In this document: in pieces, positions 37,324-45,834 of the stretch
How the letters are laid out: each line of letters begins with the position of its first letter
How positions within the stretch are numbered: the stretch's first letter is position 1
Source: an uncultured Actinomycetes bacterium
GTDB lineage: Bacteria; Actinomycetota; UBA4738; HRBIN12
Reading direction: 5' to 3'
Assembly: GCA_963714865.1 (NCBI GenBank)
Contig: CAVQPR010000001.1
Span: forward strand, 1,875,560-1,939,559
DNA length: 64,000 nt
Made by a program: the position numbers and the translations under genes
The notes under the pieces: generated by a model
Seen by the model: only the letters and a program-made list of their open reading frames with translations
Database searches by the model: none
Told to the model about the DNA's origin: nothing

Positions 37324-37374
37324 CCCCCGATAGGGGGACCACCTGGCGATTATCGGGTGACCCCCACCCGGGGG
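37324..37374 (+). promoter_or_regulatory. Four alternating C5/G5 runs able to form mutually exclusive hairpins upstream of HK2
   Basis: ccccc 37324-28, ggggg 37333-37, ccccc 37361-65, ggggg 37370-74; pairings 1:2 and 3:4 or 2:3 are possible. Confidence 0.25.
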
Positions 37375-37423
37375 ACAATCAGGAACATGCGGCTACTTCG
37401 CTTGCTGTAGGCGGCAAGGTGAC

Positions 37424-38989
37424 TTGCCGTACCTGCTTTCAAAGTGCGGGCCGAGCGTCGAAGATGATTGGGTGGACGGGACCGAGGCCGAGGCGCCGCG
37501 CGACAACAGACGAGGCTACCTTCTGGCGTTTGAGCTGCTTGTGATCGTCCCAACGCTCGGCGGCCTCGCGTATCTATTGGTGTCGGATCCCGGGGTACTC
37601 ACGCCGACGCTACTCTTGTGGGCGGCCTTGATTGCCTTCGTTGAGCTTCTCCCCGTCCCGGCGTGGCGTGGCGTTCATCTGAGCCTGGGTCTCCCTCTAC
37701 TGATGGCCGTCGCCGTCTACTTTGTGCCAGGGGCCGCAGCCGTGACCGCCTTGGTCGGGGCCTTTGATCCACGGGAGCTAAGGCGGGAGGTGTCATTCCT
37801 GAGGGCGTTGTTCAACCGCTCCCAGGTGGCTCTCTCGGTGCTCGCTGCGAGCTTCGCGTTTCATTCGATGGCCGATCTCACGTCCCCTTGGTGGGTCCTG
37901 ATTCCAGCAGCCATGGTGGCATCCGTCGCGGACTACTTAGTGAACAGCACACTCGTAACGGCCTTCACGAGCATCCGGGTGGGACTCCCCCCCTTGCAGG
38001 TCATGAGGGAGCTGAAGATTGGGAGGCTGAGCGAATTCCTCATCAGCTATCTGGGTCTTGGGGTTCTGGGTTTGACTATCGCCGTCTTCGCCGACCAAGT
38101 CGGGTTTTGGACCATTCCGGCGTTCTTGGCGCCGTCGCTACTCGCCCGCCAGATGTTCTTCAGGTCCCAGGCGCTCGAGGAGGCGCACAAGGAGCTGCAG
38201 GAGCGCGAGCAGGTGCTGCGCGTGCTGTCGAATGCGATGGCCGAGGAGCGCGCCGACGAGCGTCTCCAGATCGCGGGCTACCTGCATGACGACCTGGCCC
38301 AGGTCCTCTTCCGCCTCTCGATCCAGGTCGACGTCGCTCGCAAGCTGCTCGACAAGGGCGAGATCCCCGAGGTGGCCGAGCAGCTGGAACGGATCCGGGA
38401 GTCCAAGCAAGACACGTCCGACCGGATCCGTGCGCTGATCCGCGACCTGCACCGGTCCCCGCTCGGCGCCAAGGGGCTCGCGGAATCGTTCGAGTCGTTC
38501 ACCGACGAGGTCGGCCGTGACTCCGGTGTCCGGTTCCACCGCGATGTCGAGGACATCGACCTGCCCGCGCCGATCGCGCTGCTGATCTTCCACATCGGAC
38601 GCGAGGGTGTGATGAACGCCCTCAAGCACGCGCAGGCCACCGACTTCTGGATCTCGGTCCGGGAGATCGACGAGAACATCGAACTTGAGCTTCGAGACAA
38701 CGGCCTCGGCTTCGACACCAGCGCGCCCGGGCCCGAGGGGCACTTCGGCATGGCGATGATGAAGGAGCGGGCGCAGGTCGGTGGCGGTCGGCTCGATGTC
38801 GCGAGCGAGCCCGGTCAGGGAACGACGATCACCGTGCGCTTCCCGGTGGCCCTGCTGCAGCAAGAGAACGAGGCGGGAGGGCCCGCGCCTGCCGAGGGAA
38901 TCGGCGCTCTCGGGGCAGATGCTTCCCCCGATATCCCTGCAACCACCGAGCCGGAGGACGACGGTTCTCGCCCGCGTGTCCGAGCGTGA
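37424..38989 (+). CDS. Orphan sensor histidine kinase, HisKA_3/NarL-class, paralogous polytopic sensor domain (HK2); start uncertain (TTG 37424 or downstream GTG)
   Basis: GAFDPRELRREVSFLRALFNRSQ in TM domain; H-box AGYLHDDL, N-box GREGVMNALKHA, DNGLGF, GQGTTI; low-complexity acidic tail. Confidence 0.8.
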   Translation: MPYLLSKCGPSVEDDWVDGTEAEAPRDNRRGYLLAFELLVIVPTLGGLAYLLVSDPGVLTPTLLLWAALIAFVELLPVPAWRGVHLSLGLPLLMAVAVYFVPGAAAVTALVGAFDPRELRREVSFLRALFNRSQVALSVLAASFAFHSMADLTSPWWVLIPAAMVASVADYLVNSTLVTAFTSIRVGLPPLQVMRELKIGRLSEFLISYLGLGVLGLTIAVFADQVGFWTIPAFLAPSLLARQMFFRSQALEEAHKELQEREQVLRVLSNAMAEERADERLQIAGYLHDDLAQVLFRLSIQVDVARKLLDKGEIPEVAEQLERIRESKQDTSDRIRALIRDLHRSPLGAKGLAESFESFTDEVGRDSGVRFHRDVEDIDLPAPIALLIFHIGREGVMNALKHAQATDFWISVREIDENIELELRDNGLGFDTSAPGPEGHFGMAMMKERAQVGGGRLDVASEPGQGTTITVRFPVALLQQENEAGGPAPAEGIGALGADASPDIPATTEPEDDGSRPRVRA

Positions 38990-39488
38990 TCATCACGAGC
39001 AGGATCGCCGTCCCCAGGTAGAGCAAGATGTCGCCCACCGAGATCACGATGCCGATCGGCGCCCGTACGGGTATCACGTCGGCCAGGGGGCGGAGGACGT
39101 CCTGATCGGTCATCAGGTGGTGTTTGCCGGTCGCCACGTCGAGCACCGCCGCCGAGCCGCCGGACGCCTGCAGCGCGCTCGCGCTGACGGGCATCCCTCC
39201 GTTCGGCAGGATCACCACGATGTTGAGGACCACGCCGACCAGCATCAGCGGGACGGCAGGCAGACGCCGGTTGACCCATAGGAACATCGCCAGCAAGACG
39301 TAGCTCGCCGCCAGCATCGCCGAGCCCAGTCCGCGGCCCGCCACGACGGGCGCGGGCAGTACCTGCAGCATCAGGCCCGCGAGCGCCACGCCCCACCAGT
39401 GGATGGTCACGTGCTCGAAGGAGCGGAGGCTGCCGCCGGCCGCGAGGCCGACGGCGATGGCGATGATGACGAGCACGGCGATCAGCAT
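38829..39488 (-). CDS. DUF5317-like integral membrane protein; true stop probably near 38990
   Basis: MLIAVLVIIAIAVGLAAGGSLRSF..LMLQVLP..VVILPNGGMPV pattern recalled for DUF5317; last ~55 codons are R/P-rich and overlap HK2; a TGATGA lies at 38990-38995 in the adjacent frame, exactly abutting the HK2 stop. Confidence 0.55.
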   Translation of the reverse strand: MLIAVLVIIAIAVGLAAGGSLRSFEHVTIHWWGVALAGLMLQVLPAPVVAGRGLGSAMLAASYVLLAMFLWVNRRLPAVPLMLVGVVLNIVVILPNGGMPVSASALQASGGSAAVLDVATGKHHLMTDQDVLRPLADVIPVRAPIGIVISVGDILLYLGTAILLVMITLGHAGENRRPPARWLQGYRGKHLPRERRFPRQARALPPRSLAAAGPPGSAR

Positions 39489-39561
39489 GGGAGATGTCCG
39501 GCGCTCGAGGCCGGGTGAGGATTGTCCGACGCCCTCGCATCGAAGTCCAGAGGGGCTGGAC

Positions 39562-39567
39562 TAGGCT
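39562..39567 (+). promoter_or_regulatory. -10-like hexamer TAGGCT 6 nt upstream of ATG 39574 (leaderless-type start)
   Basis: TANNNT hexamer, no SD. Confidence 0.3.
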
Positions 39568-39573
39568 CGGCGG

Positions 39574-41259
39574 ATGGCTCGCATGGTCCCGTTCCCGATG
39601 CTGCCGACCGAGAGCACGGCCGAGCGCCGGTTGTACGAGGGATTCCTCGAGCAACTCGACGAGAGCTATGTCGTGTACCACTCGGTGGATTGGGTCCTGG
39701 CCGGACGGGACGGTCCGGAACAGGGGGAGGCCGACTTCGTCATCGCGCATCCCGAGGACGGCGTACTCGTGATCGAGGCAAAGGGGGGGACCATCGCCTA
39801 TGACCCGAAGACCCGGCGGTGGGCGCAGGGGGGCAGGAGCGGCAGTCACCCGTTGAAGCGCGATCCGTTCCACCAGGCGCGGGGCGAGATGCACTCGCTC
39901 GTCAGGATCCTCGAGGTCCGTCGAGGCTGGGATCGATGGCGGCCCTCGTACGGCTACGGCCTCGCGTTCCCCGATGGCATCTACGATCGCGACGCGCATC
40001 CGGGCGCACCTGCCGCGTGCGTCATCGACCGGGACGATCTGGATGACCTCGCCCGGCGCACGGTCGAGGTCATGCGTCACTGGCGCAGGGGCGGCCGGTC
40101 GTTCGGCGCGGAGGGCATGGAGGCGCTCTCGGAGGCGCTGGGCTTCCGGGTCGAGATCCGGACCCCCCTACGGCTGCACTTCGACGAGGAGGACAAGAAG
40201 ATCGTCGAGCTGACCGAGGAGCAGTCTTGGATCCGGTCCTACGTCCTGCATCGCACACGCGCCGCGGTGTCAGGCCCCCCCGGCGCCGGCAAGACCGTGC
40301 TCGCGCTCTCGATCGCGCGGCATCTGGCGGAGTCGGGTCGCCGCACCCTCATCACGTGCTTCAACAGGCGGCTCGGCGCCTACTTGGCCGAGTCGGTCGC
40401 CGGGATCGCGGGGATCGACGCCGGTCACTTCCACGGCGTGGCGGTGGATTGGGCGACTCGCGCCGGACTGTCGGTGGCTCGGCCCGACGACGTCGACGAG
40501 CGCGACTGGTTCGAGCACCGGCTGCCCGAGCTCCTCGAAGAGGCAGCGCGCGCCCTCGGTCCTCGTTACGACGCGATCGTCGTCGACGAGTCTCAGGACT
40601 TCCGCGCCTGGTGGTGGCCGGCGGTGCTCGCGACCCATCGCGAACCAGATGACGGGGCGTTGTACCTGTTCGGCGACGACAGCCAGAACCTCTACGGGGG
40701 CGAGGGGCTGCCGGTGTCGCAGGACGATGTCGTGCCGGCCTTGCACGCCAACCTGCGCAACACCCGGGCGATCCACGGCTTCGTGTCCGTGTTCTTCGAT
40801 GCCGACAGCGCAGGCGCCGGCCAGGCGAAGGGTCCGCAGGGCCGAGAGGTGGAGATCCTGGACTACGAAGACGAAGACGGGCTCGTGCGTCTGGTCGACG
40901 TGGTCATCACGAACCTGCTCGAGGAGGAGGGCCTGCGCCCCGATGACATCGTCGTGCTGACCCCCGGCGGGTCGACCCGGAGCCGCCTGTGGGCGAGGCG
41001 CGAGCTCGGTCGCAATCGCCTGTCCGACCGGATCGAGGAGGGCGCCGTGCTCTGGTCGACCGTGCACGCCTTCAAGGGGCTGGAGCGAGCGGTCGTCGTC
41101 CTCGCCGAGATCGAAAATCGCCCGCGCGACGAGCTCGCCCCGTACCTGCGTGTCGGGGCCGCCCGCGCCCGGAACCACCTGATCCTCGTGGCCGAGGAGA
41201 CTGCGGCGAAGCATCTGCGAGCCTGGGTCCGCGGGCCCGTGGCAGACTCGACGCCATGA
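39574..41259 (+). CDS. NERD (PD-(D/E)xK-like nuclease) domain fused to SF1 UvrD/AAA_19-type helicase
   Basis: Intact 561 aa; N-domain GEADFVIAHPEDGVLVIEAKGG; Walker A SGPPGAGKT, motif II IVVDESQDF, LFGDDSQNL, C-terminal TVHAFKGLERAVVVL. Confidence 0.8.
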   Translation: MARMVPFPMLPTESTAERRLYEGFLEQLDESYVVYHSVDWVLAGRDGPEQGEADFVIAHPEDGVLVIEAKGGTIAYDPKTRRWAQGGRSGSHPLKRDPFHQARGEMHSLVRILEVRRGWDRWRPSYGYGLAFPDGIYDRDAHPGAPAACVIDRDDLDDLARRTVEVMRHWRRGGRSFGAEGMEALSEALGFRVEIRTPLRLHFDEEDKKIVELTEEQSWIRSYVLHRTRAAVSGPPGAGKTVLALSIARHLAESGRRTLITCFNRRLGAYLAESVAGIAGIDAGHFHGVAVDWATRAGLSVARPDDVDERDWFEHRLPELLEEAARALGPRYDAIVVDESQDFRAWWWPAVLATHREPDDGALYLFGDDSQNLYGGEGLPVSQDDVVPALHANLRNTRAIHGFVSVFFDADSAGAGQAKGPQGREVEILDYEDEDGLVRLVDVVITNLLEEEGLRPDDIVVLTPGGSTRSRLWARRELGRNRLSDRIEEGAVLWSTVHAFKGLERAVVVLAEIENRPRDELAPYLRVGAARARNHLILVAEETAAKHLRAWVRGPVADSTP

Positions 41260-42026
41260 ACGTGGACGGCCTGCTCCTCGACATCGACGGGGTGCTCTCG
41301 GTCTCGTGGGAGCCCATCCCGGGCGCGATCGAGGCGATGCGATGGATCCGGGGTCGCGGGACTCCGTTCCGGCTCATCACGAACACGACCACGCACACCA
41401 GGGTTGACCTGGCTGCCACCCTGGGTGGGGCCGGCTTCGACGTGCGACCCGATGACATCGTGACGGCGGTCGTTGCGACCGCGAGCTACCTCCGCGAGCA
41501 CCATCCCGGCGCACGGGTCGCGCTGATCACCGATGGAGAGGGTCACGAAGACCTCGAGGGCGTCGACGTCGTGGGCGTCGACGACGAGCCCGACGTCGTC
41601 GTGTTCGGCGGGGCGTGCGAGGACTTCACGTACGGCGCCGTCAACGGAGCCTTCCGCCGGGTCATGGGGGGAGCCGCGCTGGTCGGCATGCACCGCAACA
41701 TGTACTGGCGCACGGCCGACGGCCTTCAGATGGATAGCGGTGCCTACCTGGCCGGCCTCGAGGCGGCCAGCGGCGCGACGGCGACGATCTGCGGCAAGCC
41801 GGCCCCGGCGTACTTCGAGGCGGCGCTCGCCTCGATCGGGGTATCGCCGGAGCGCGCGGCGATGGTCGGCGACGACATCGTCAACGATGTCGGCGGCGCT
41901 CAGGCGATCGGGATGACCGGGGTGCAGGTGCGCACCGGAAAGTTCACCGAACGCGACCTGGAACGTGGAGCCCCCGATCACGTGATCGACTCGCTCGCCG
42001 ACCTGCCCTCGCTCCTCGGAAGGTAG
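41256..42026 (+). CDS. HAD-superfamily subfamily IIA phosphatase
   Basis: LLDIDGVL, ITNTT, CGKP, GDDIVNDVGGA motifs; ATGA overlap with helicase gene. Confidence 0.8.
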   Translation: MNVDGLLLDIDGVLSVSWEPIPGAIEAMRWIRGRGTPFRLITNTTTHTRVDLAATLGGAGFDVRPDDIVTAVVATASYLREHHPGARVALITDGEGHEDLEGVDVVGVDDEPDVVVFGGACEDFTYGAVNGAFRRVMGGAALVGMHRNMYWRTADGLQMDSGAYLAGLEAASGATATICGKPAPAYFEAALASIGVSPERAAMVGDDIVNDVGGAQAIGMTGVQVRTGKFTERDLERGAPDHVIDSLADLPSLLGR

Positions 42027-42028
42027 AG

Positions 42029-42730
42029 ATGTCCGATCGCGACGTGGCCGCCTCGATCTTCGGCGGGATCGCTCGGCAGTACTCCTGGATGGGCGCGGTG
42101 CTCTCCCTTGGCCAGGACGTTCGCTGGCGCCGCTACATGGTCGGACGCCTTCCCGAAGGAGGGACCGTGCTCGACGTGGCGGCGGGGACCGGCCTCGTGT
42201 CGAGGGAGCTGATCCGCTCGGGCGCCGTGGGGGTCGTCGCCTTGGATCCCAGCCCCGAGATGACGACCGTCGCGATGCGTGAGACCGAACGGGTCGGCGT
42301 GGCCGACCGGATCGCCGGCGTGCTGGGCCGAGCGGAGCAGCTCCCGTTCGGGGACGAAACGTTCGACGCGCTCACGTTCACGTACCTGTTGCGGTACGTG
42401 GACGACCCGGCGGCGACGCTCAGAGAGCTCGCTCGCGTCGTGCGGCCGGGGGGCGTCGTCGCCTCGCTCGAGTTCCACCGGCCTCAGGCCGCCCTCCTGA
42501 GGACTGGGTGGCATGCCTACACGCGCTTCGCGCTGCCCACGATGGGACGCTTCGTCTCGAAGGCATGGGGCGACACGGGGTCCTTCCTCGGCCCGAGCAT
42601 CGACCGGTTCGTCGATCGTGCTCCCCTGCCGACCCAGGTGAGGTGGTGGCACGACGCCGGACTTACCCGGATCCGCACCCGCGTGATGTCGCTCGGCGCC
42701 GGGGTCGTCATCTCGGGGGAACGTCGATGA
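42029..42730 (+). CDS. UbiE/MenG-like class I SAM-dependent methyltransferase
   Basis: FGGIARQYSWMGAVLSLGQDVRWRR, VLDVAAGTG, RPGGVVASLEF. Confidence 0.75.
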   Translation: MSDRDVAASIFGGIARQYSWMGAVLSLGQDVRWRRYMVGRLPEGGTVLDVAAGTGLVSRELIRSGAVGVVALDPSPEMTTVAMRETERVGVADRIAGVLGRAEQLPFGDETFDALTFTYLLRYVDDPAATLRELARVVRPGGVVASLEFHRPQAALLRTGWHAYTRFALPTMGRFVSKAWGDTGSFLGPSIDRFVDRAPLPTQVRWWHDAGLTRIRTRVMSLGAGVVISGERR

Positions 42731-43452
42731 GTGGTCGCCCGGCGTTCTACTCCCTGGCTCCGGGGGGGTGGCGCGACTACTGGTCGCTCCTGCACCCGCC
42801 CTACACGCTGTGGCATCTGTCGTACGTTGCGATCGGGGCATCCCTCGCCCCCGTGTTCGTCACCACCTGGTGGCTGGAGACGACCCTCGCCTTCTTCCTT
42901 GCGATGGGGGTGGCTGCCCACGCGCTCGACGAGCTGAACGGCCGACCGCTTGGGACCCGGATCCCCGGGGGCGTGCTGGTCGGCCTCGCGGTGGTCGGCC
43001 TCGCGGGAGCGCTCGCGATCGGTCTCCACGGCGTCGTGGTCTCTACGCCGTGGATCCTGGCGGTGATGCCGATCGGCGTCTTCCTCGTGATCGCCTACAA
43101 CCTCGAGATCGCGGGCGGTCGGTTCCACTCAGACGTGTGGTTCGCTCTCGCGTGGGGTGGGTTCCCCGTGATCGTCGCCTACGTCGCGCAGTCGGGGCGG
43201 CTCGCCGCCGCGCCGATCGCCGCCGCGGCGGGCGCCACGGCGCTCTCGGCGGCGCAGCGGACCCTCTCGACACCGGTGCGCCGCCTCCGGCGCGACGTCG
43301 CGTCCGTGGAGGGCACGATGACGGGCCGTGACGGGACGCGCGAGCCGCTCGGCGAGGGCGACCTGCGAGCTGCGCCCGAAGGCGCGTTAAAGATGCTGTC
43401 GGTGGCCGTGCCGCTGCTGGCCGTGGCCATGGTGCTGGCTCGGCTCGGCTGA
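42727..43452 (+). CDS. Polytopic membrane protein of unknown function
   Basis: 241 aa, about 7 TM, motif AAHALDELNGRP; ATGA overlap with methyltransferase gene. Confidence 0.55.
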   Translation: MSGRPAFYSLAPGGWRDYWSLLHPPYTLWHLSYVAIGASLAPVFVTTWWLETTLAFFLAMGVAAHALDELNGRPLGTRIPGGVLVGLAVVGLAGALAIGLHGVVVSTPWILAVMPIGVFLVIAYNLEIAGGRFHSDVWFALAWGGFPVIVAYVAQSGRLAAAPIAAAAGATALSAAQRTLSTPVRRLRRDVASVEGTMTGRDGTREPLGEGDLRAAPEGALKMLSVAVPLLAVAMVLARLG

Positions 43453-43453
43453 G

Positions 43454-45370
43454 TCATCCGGCGGCGACGATCTTCAGCACCTCGTCGGCGTAGCGCTCCA
43501 GCTTCGCCGGGCCTACACCTGGCACGTCCGCCAGATCGGCCCAGTCAGAGGGGCGGCGGTCGGCGATCTCGGCGAGCGTCGAGTCGTGGAACACGACGTA
43601 GGCGGGCACGCCGTCGGCCTCGGCTCGCCGCCGCCGCCACTCGCGAAGCCGGTCGTACAGCGGTCCGCCTGTCGTCGTCCCGACCGGTCGTGCGACGCGC
43701 TTGGGCGCGCGCGTCGTCGAGGGCGTAACACCCAGGGTCACGAGGAACGGACTCGGCTGGCTGCGCGGTTCCTTGGGCCACGAGAGGTAGAGGTGGCGAC
43801 GCGCGCGGGTGATCCCCACATACATCAGGCGACGCTCCTCCTGGGGATCGGCGGTCGACTTCGTCGAGCGGAACGGCATCTCGCGATCGAGCAGCCGAGG
43901 CAGGAACACGGCGTCGAACTCGAGTCCCTTCGAACGGTGGTACGTGAGCAGGTTCACGCCCCGGCCGCTCTGCTCGGTGTTGAAGCGGCGGGCCAGCTCC
44001 GCGATGAACCCCGCGACGTCGCCGTCGGGGTGCGCCGCAACGTACTCGCCGGCCAGCACGCGAAGGCGCCCGAGGTCTGCCTGGCGCGTGATCTCCTCCG
44101 TGTCGTCGGGCTCGGCCTCGGGGTCGAAGCCGAGCGCCGTGGTGGCCCCCTCGACGGCGACCTGTGCATCGACGCTGTCGGGTGAGCGCAACGCGGCGAG
44201 CACGGCGCGGGGTCCGGGTCGGCGCAAGAAGGCGCCGTCGCGCACCTGATAAGGGATGCGGGCCTCGGCGAACGCCTCCTCGTACGCTTCCGATCGGGCG
44301 TTGATCCGGTAGAGGATCGCGATCTCTTCCCAGGCCAGGCCATCCTCGTTGAGCCGACGTGCCTCCGACACCACGAAGTCGACCTCGGCGTCGGCGTCGC
44401 CCAGGCCGCGCGCGGTGGGCGCCGGGCCGTCGGGCGAGTTGGAGCGCAATTCCTTGTGGAAGCCGCCCAGCGATGGGGCCATCGCGTTCGCGACCGCAAG
44501 GATCTGGGGCGTGGACCGATAGTTCTCTTCGAGCCGTACCACGGTGGCTACTGGGTAGCGATCGGGGAACCCGAGCAGGTACTCGGGCGAGGCCCCCGTG
44601 AACGAGTAGATCGTCTGGTAGTCGTCGCCCACGACGCAGATCTCGTCCCGTTCGCCCAGCCACCGCTCGAGCAGCGCTTGCTGGAGCGGATTCACGTCCT
44701 GGTACTCGTCCACGGTGAACGCGTGGAACCTGGCGCGCAGCTGCGCGGCCGCCTCGGGGTGCTCGTCGTAGAGCACGATCGTCATCCCCAACATGTCTTC
44801 GAAATCGATGGCTCGCGCCCGCTCGCGGCGACGTTCGTATCCCTCGTACACGCCGGCCATCAGCTCCGCCGGGATCGGCGGCGCGTGGTCGAGGCGCTCG
44901 ATCTCGTCGAGGTAGCGGCGCCAGGGTATGAGCCGGTTCTTCGCCCACTCGATCTCCCCGGCCAGTTCCGCGCGGGGCATGAACCGATGCGGCGGGGGTA
45001 ACCCGTTCGCGAGTCCCGCGATGATCGGGGCCTTGGAGGGGAGCACCTCGGGCAGCCGTTCCCCCGTGTGGCGTTCCCAGAGCCTGCCGAGCTGTGAGAG
45101 CGCCGCGGCGTGGAACGTGCGCGCCTCCACGCCCGTGACCTCGAGCGCCGCCAGCCGCTCCTTCAGCTCGCGCGCGGCCTTCTCCGTGAAGGTGACCGCG
45201 AGGAGGCTGCGAGCCTCGAACTCGCCGCTCGAGACCTGGTGGGCGATCCGGCGGGTGATCGTCGTCGTCTTGCCCGTGCCGGCCCCGGCCAGGATCGCCA
45301 CGGGCCCATGCAACGCCGTCGCCGCCTCGCGCTGGGCGTCGTTCAGCCCCGCGAGGATCTGCTCCGACAT
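43454..45370 (-). CDS. UvrD/Rep-family DNA helicase with C-terminal HRDC-like domain (UvrD2-like, no Cys module)
   Basis: LAGAGTGKT, TVDEYQDVN, LLTYHRSKGLEFDAVFL, YVGITRAR; tail YDRLREWRRRRAEADGVPAYVVFHDSTLAEIA..VPGVGPAKLERY; no cysteine between motor and HRDC. Confidence 0.85.
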   Translation of the reverse strand: MSEQILAGLNDAQREAATALHGPVAILAGAGTGKTTTITRRIAHQVSSGEFEARSLLAVTFTEKAARELKERLAALEVTGVEARTFHAAALSQLGRLWERHTGERLPEVLPSKAPIIAGLANGLPPPHRFMPRAELAGEIEWAKNRLIPWRRYLDEIERLDHAPPIPAELMAGVYEGYERRRERARAIDFEDMLGMTIVLYDEHPEAAAQLRARFHAFTVDEYQDVNPLQQALLERWLGERDEICVVGDDYQTIYSFTGASPEYLLGFPDRYPVATVVRLEENYRSTPQILAVANAMAPSLGGFHKELRSNSPDGPAPTARGLGDADAEVDFVVSEARRLNEDGLAWEEIAILYRINARSEAYEEAFAEARIPYQVRDGAFLRRPGPRAVLAALRSPDSVDAQVAVEGATTALGFDPEAEPDDTEEITRQADLGRLRVLAGEYVAAHPDGDVAGFIAELARRFNTEQSGRGVNLLTYHRSKGLEFDAVFLPRLLDREMPFRSTKSTADPQEERRLMYVGITRARRHLYLSWPKEPRSQPSPFLVTLGVTPSTTRAPKRVARPVGTTTGGPLYDRLREWRRRRAEADGVPAYVVFHDSTLAEIADRRPSDWADLADVPGVGPAKLERYADEVLKIVAAG

Positions 45371-45444
45371 GCGCGCGACCCTACCAGCGGCCCGCGACAC
45401 GTTCGGGTCCGCGGGCACCCGTGGATCGTAGGATCCGAGGCGAC

Positions 45445-45834
45445 ATGAGTTCCGTCCACACGTTCATCGCGTTCGCCGTCGTCGCCCTGTTCGCCGTCGG
45501 CTGGCTCTGGGGCCTCGTCGCCTGGATCGGCAAGCGTGACGTCGGAGCGGCGTTCTGGGTGTGGCTCAGCGTGGCCCAGGTCGTCATCGGGATCCAAGCC
45601 GTCGTGGGGACCCTCCTCTTGCTGATGGGGCGTCGGCCGACCGACTGGCTGCACCTCGTGTACGGCTACGGGCCGCTGTTGGTGCTCGTGGCGGCCCACT
45701 GGATCGCGAGGGAGGGCCGGCACGGCAAGCCCGGCGTCGAACCCCTCAAGCCGTGGGTTCCCTTCGCGTGGGCGGCGTTCATCTGCTTCGGGCTGACGCT
45801 TCGTGGACTGATGACCGGCCTCGGCGTCGGCTGA
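45445..45834 (+). CDS. Small 4-TM membrane protein
   Basis: 129 aa hydrophobic ORF from ATG 45445. Confidence 0.5.
   Translation: MSSVHTFIAFAVVALFAVGWLWGLVAWIGKRDVGAAFWVWLSVAQVVIGIQAVVGTLLLLMGRRPTDWLHLVYGYGPLLVLVAAHWIAREGRHGKPGVEPLKPWVPFAWAAFICFGLTLRGLMTGLGVG

Noticed and set aside
37314-37544. 76-aa plus-strand ORF in the HK1/HK2 spacer
   Set aside because: It runs through the C5/G5 hairpin region into the HK2 coding frame region. It has no SD, its composition is not protein-like, and it is out of frame with HK2.
38829-38989. 160-nt convergent coding overlap between HK2 and the DUF5317-like gene as a genuine overlapping-gene arrangement
   Set aside because: The overlapping DUF5317 tail is R/P-rich junk-like sequence. 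A TGATGA in the adjacent frame at 38990-38995 would end the protein exactly at the HK2 stop. This is most likely an indel-extended ORF.
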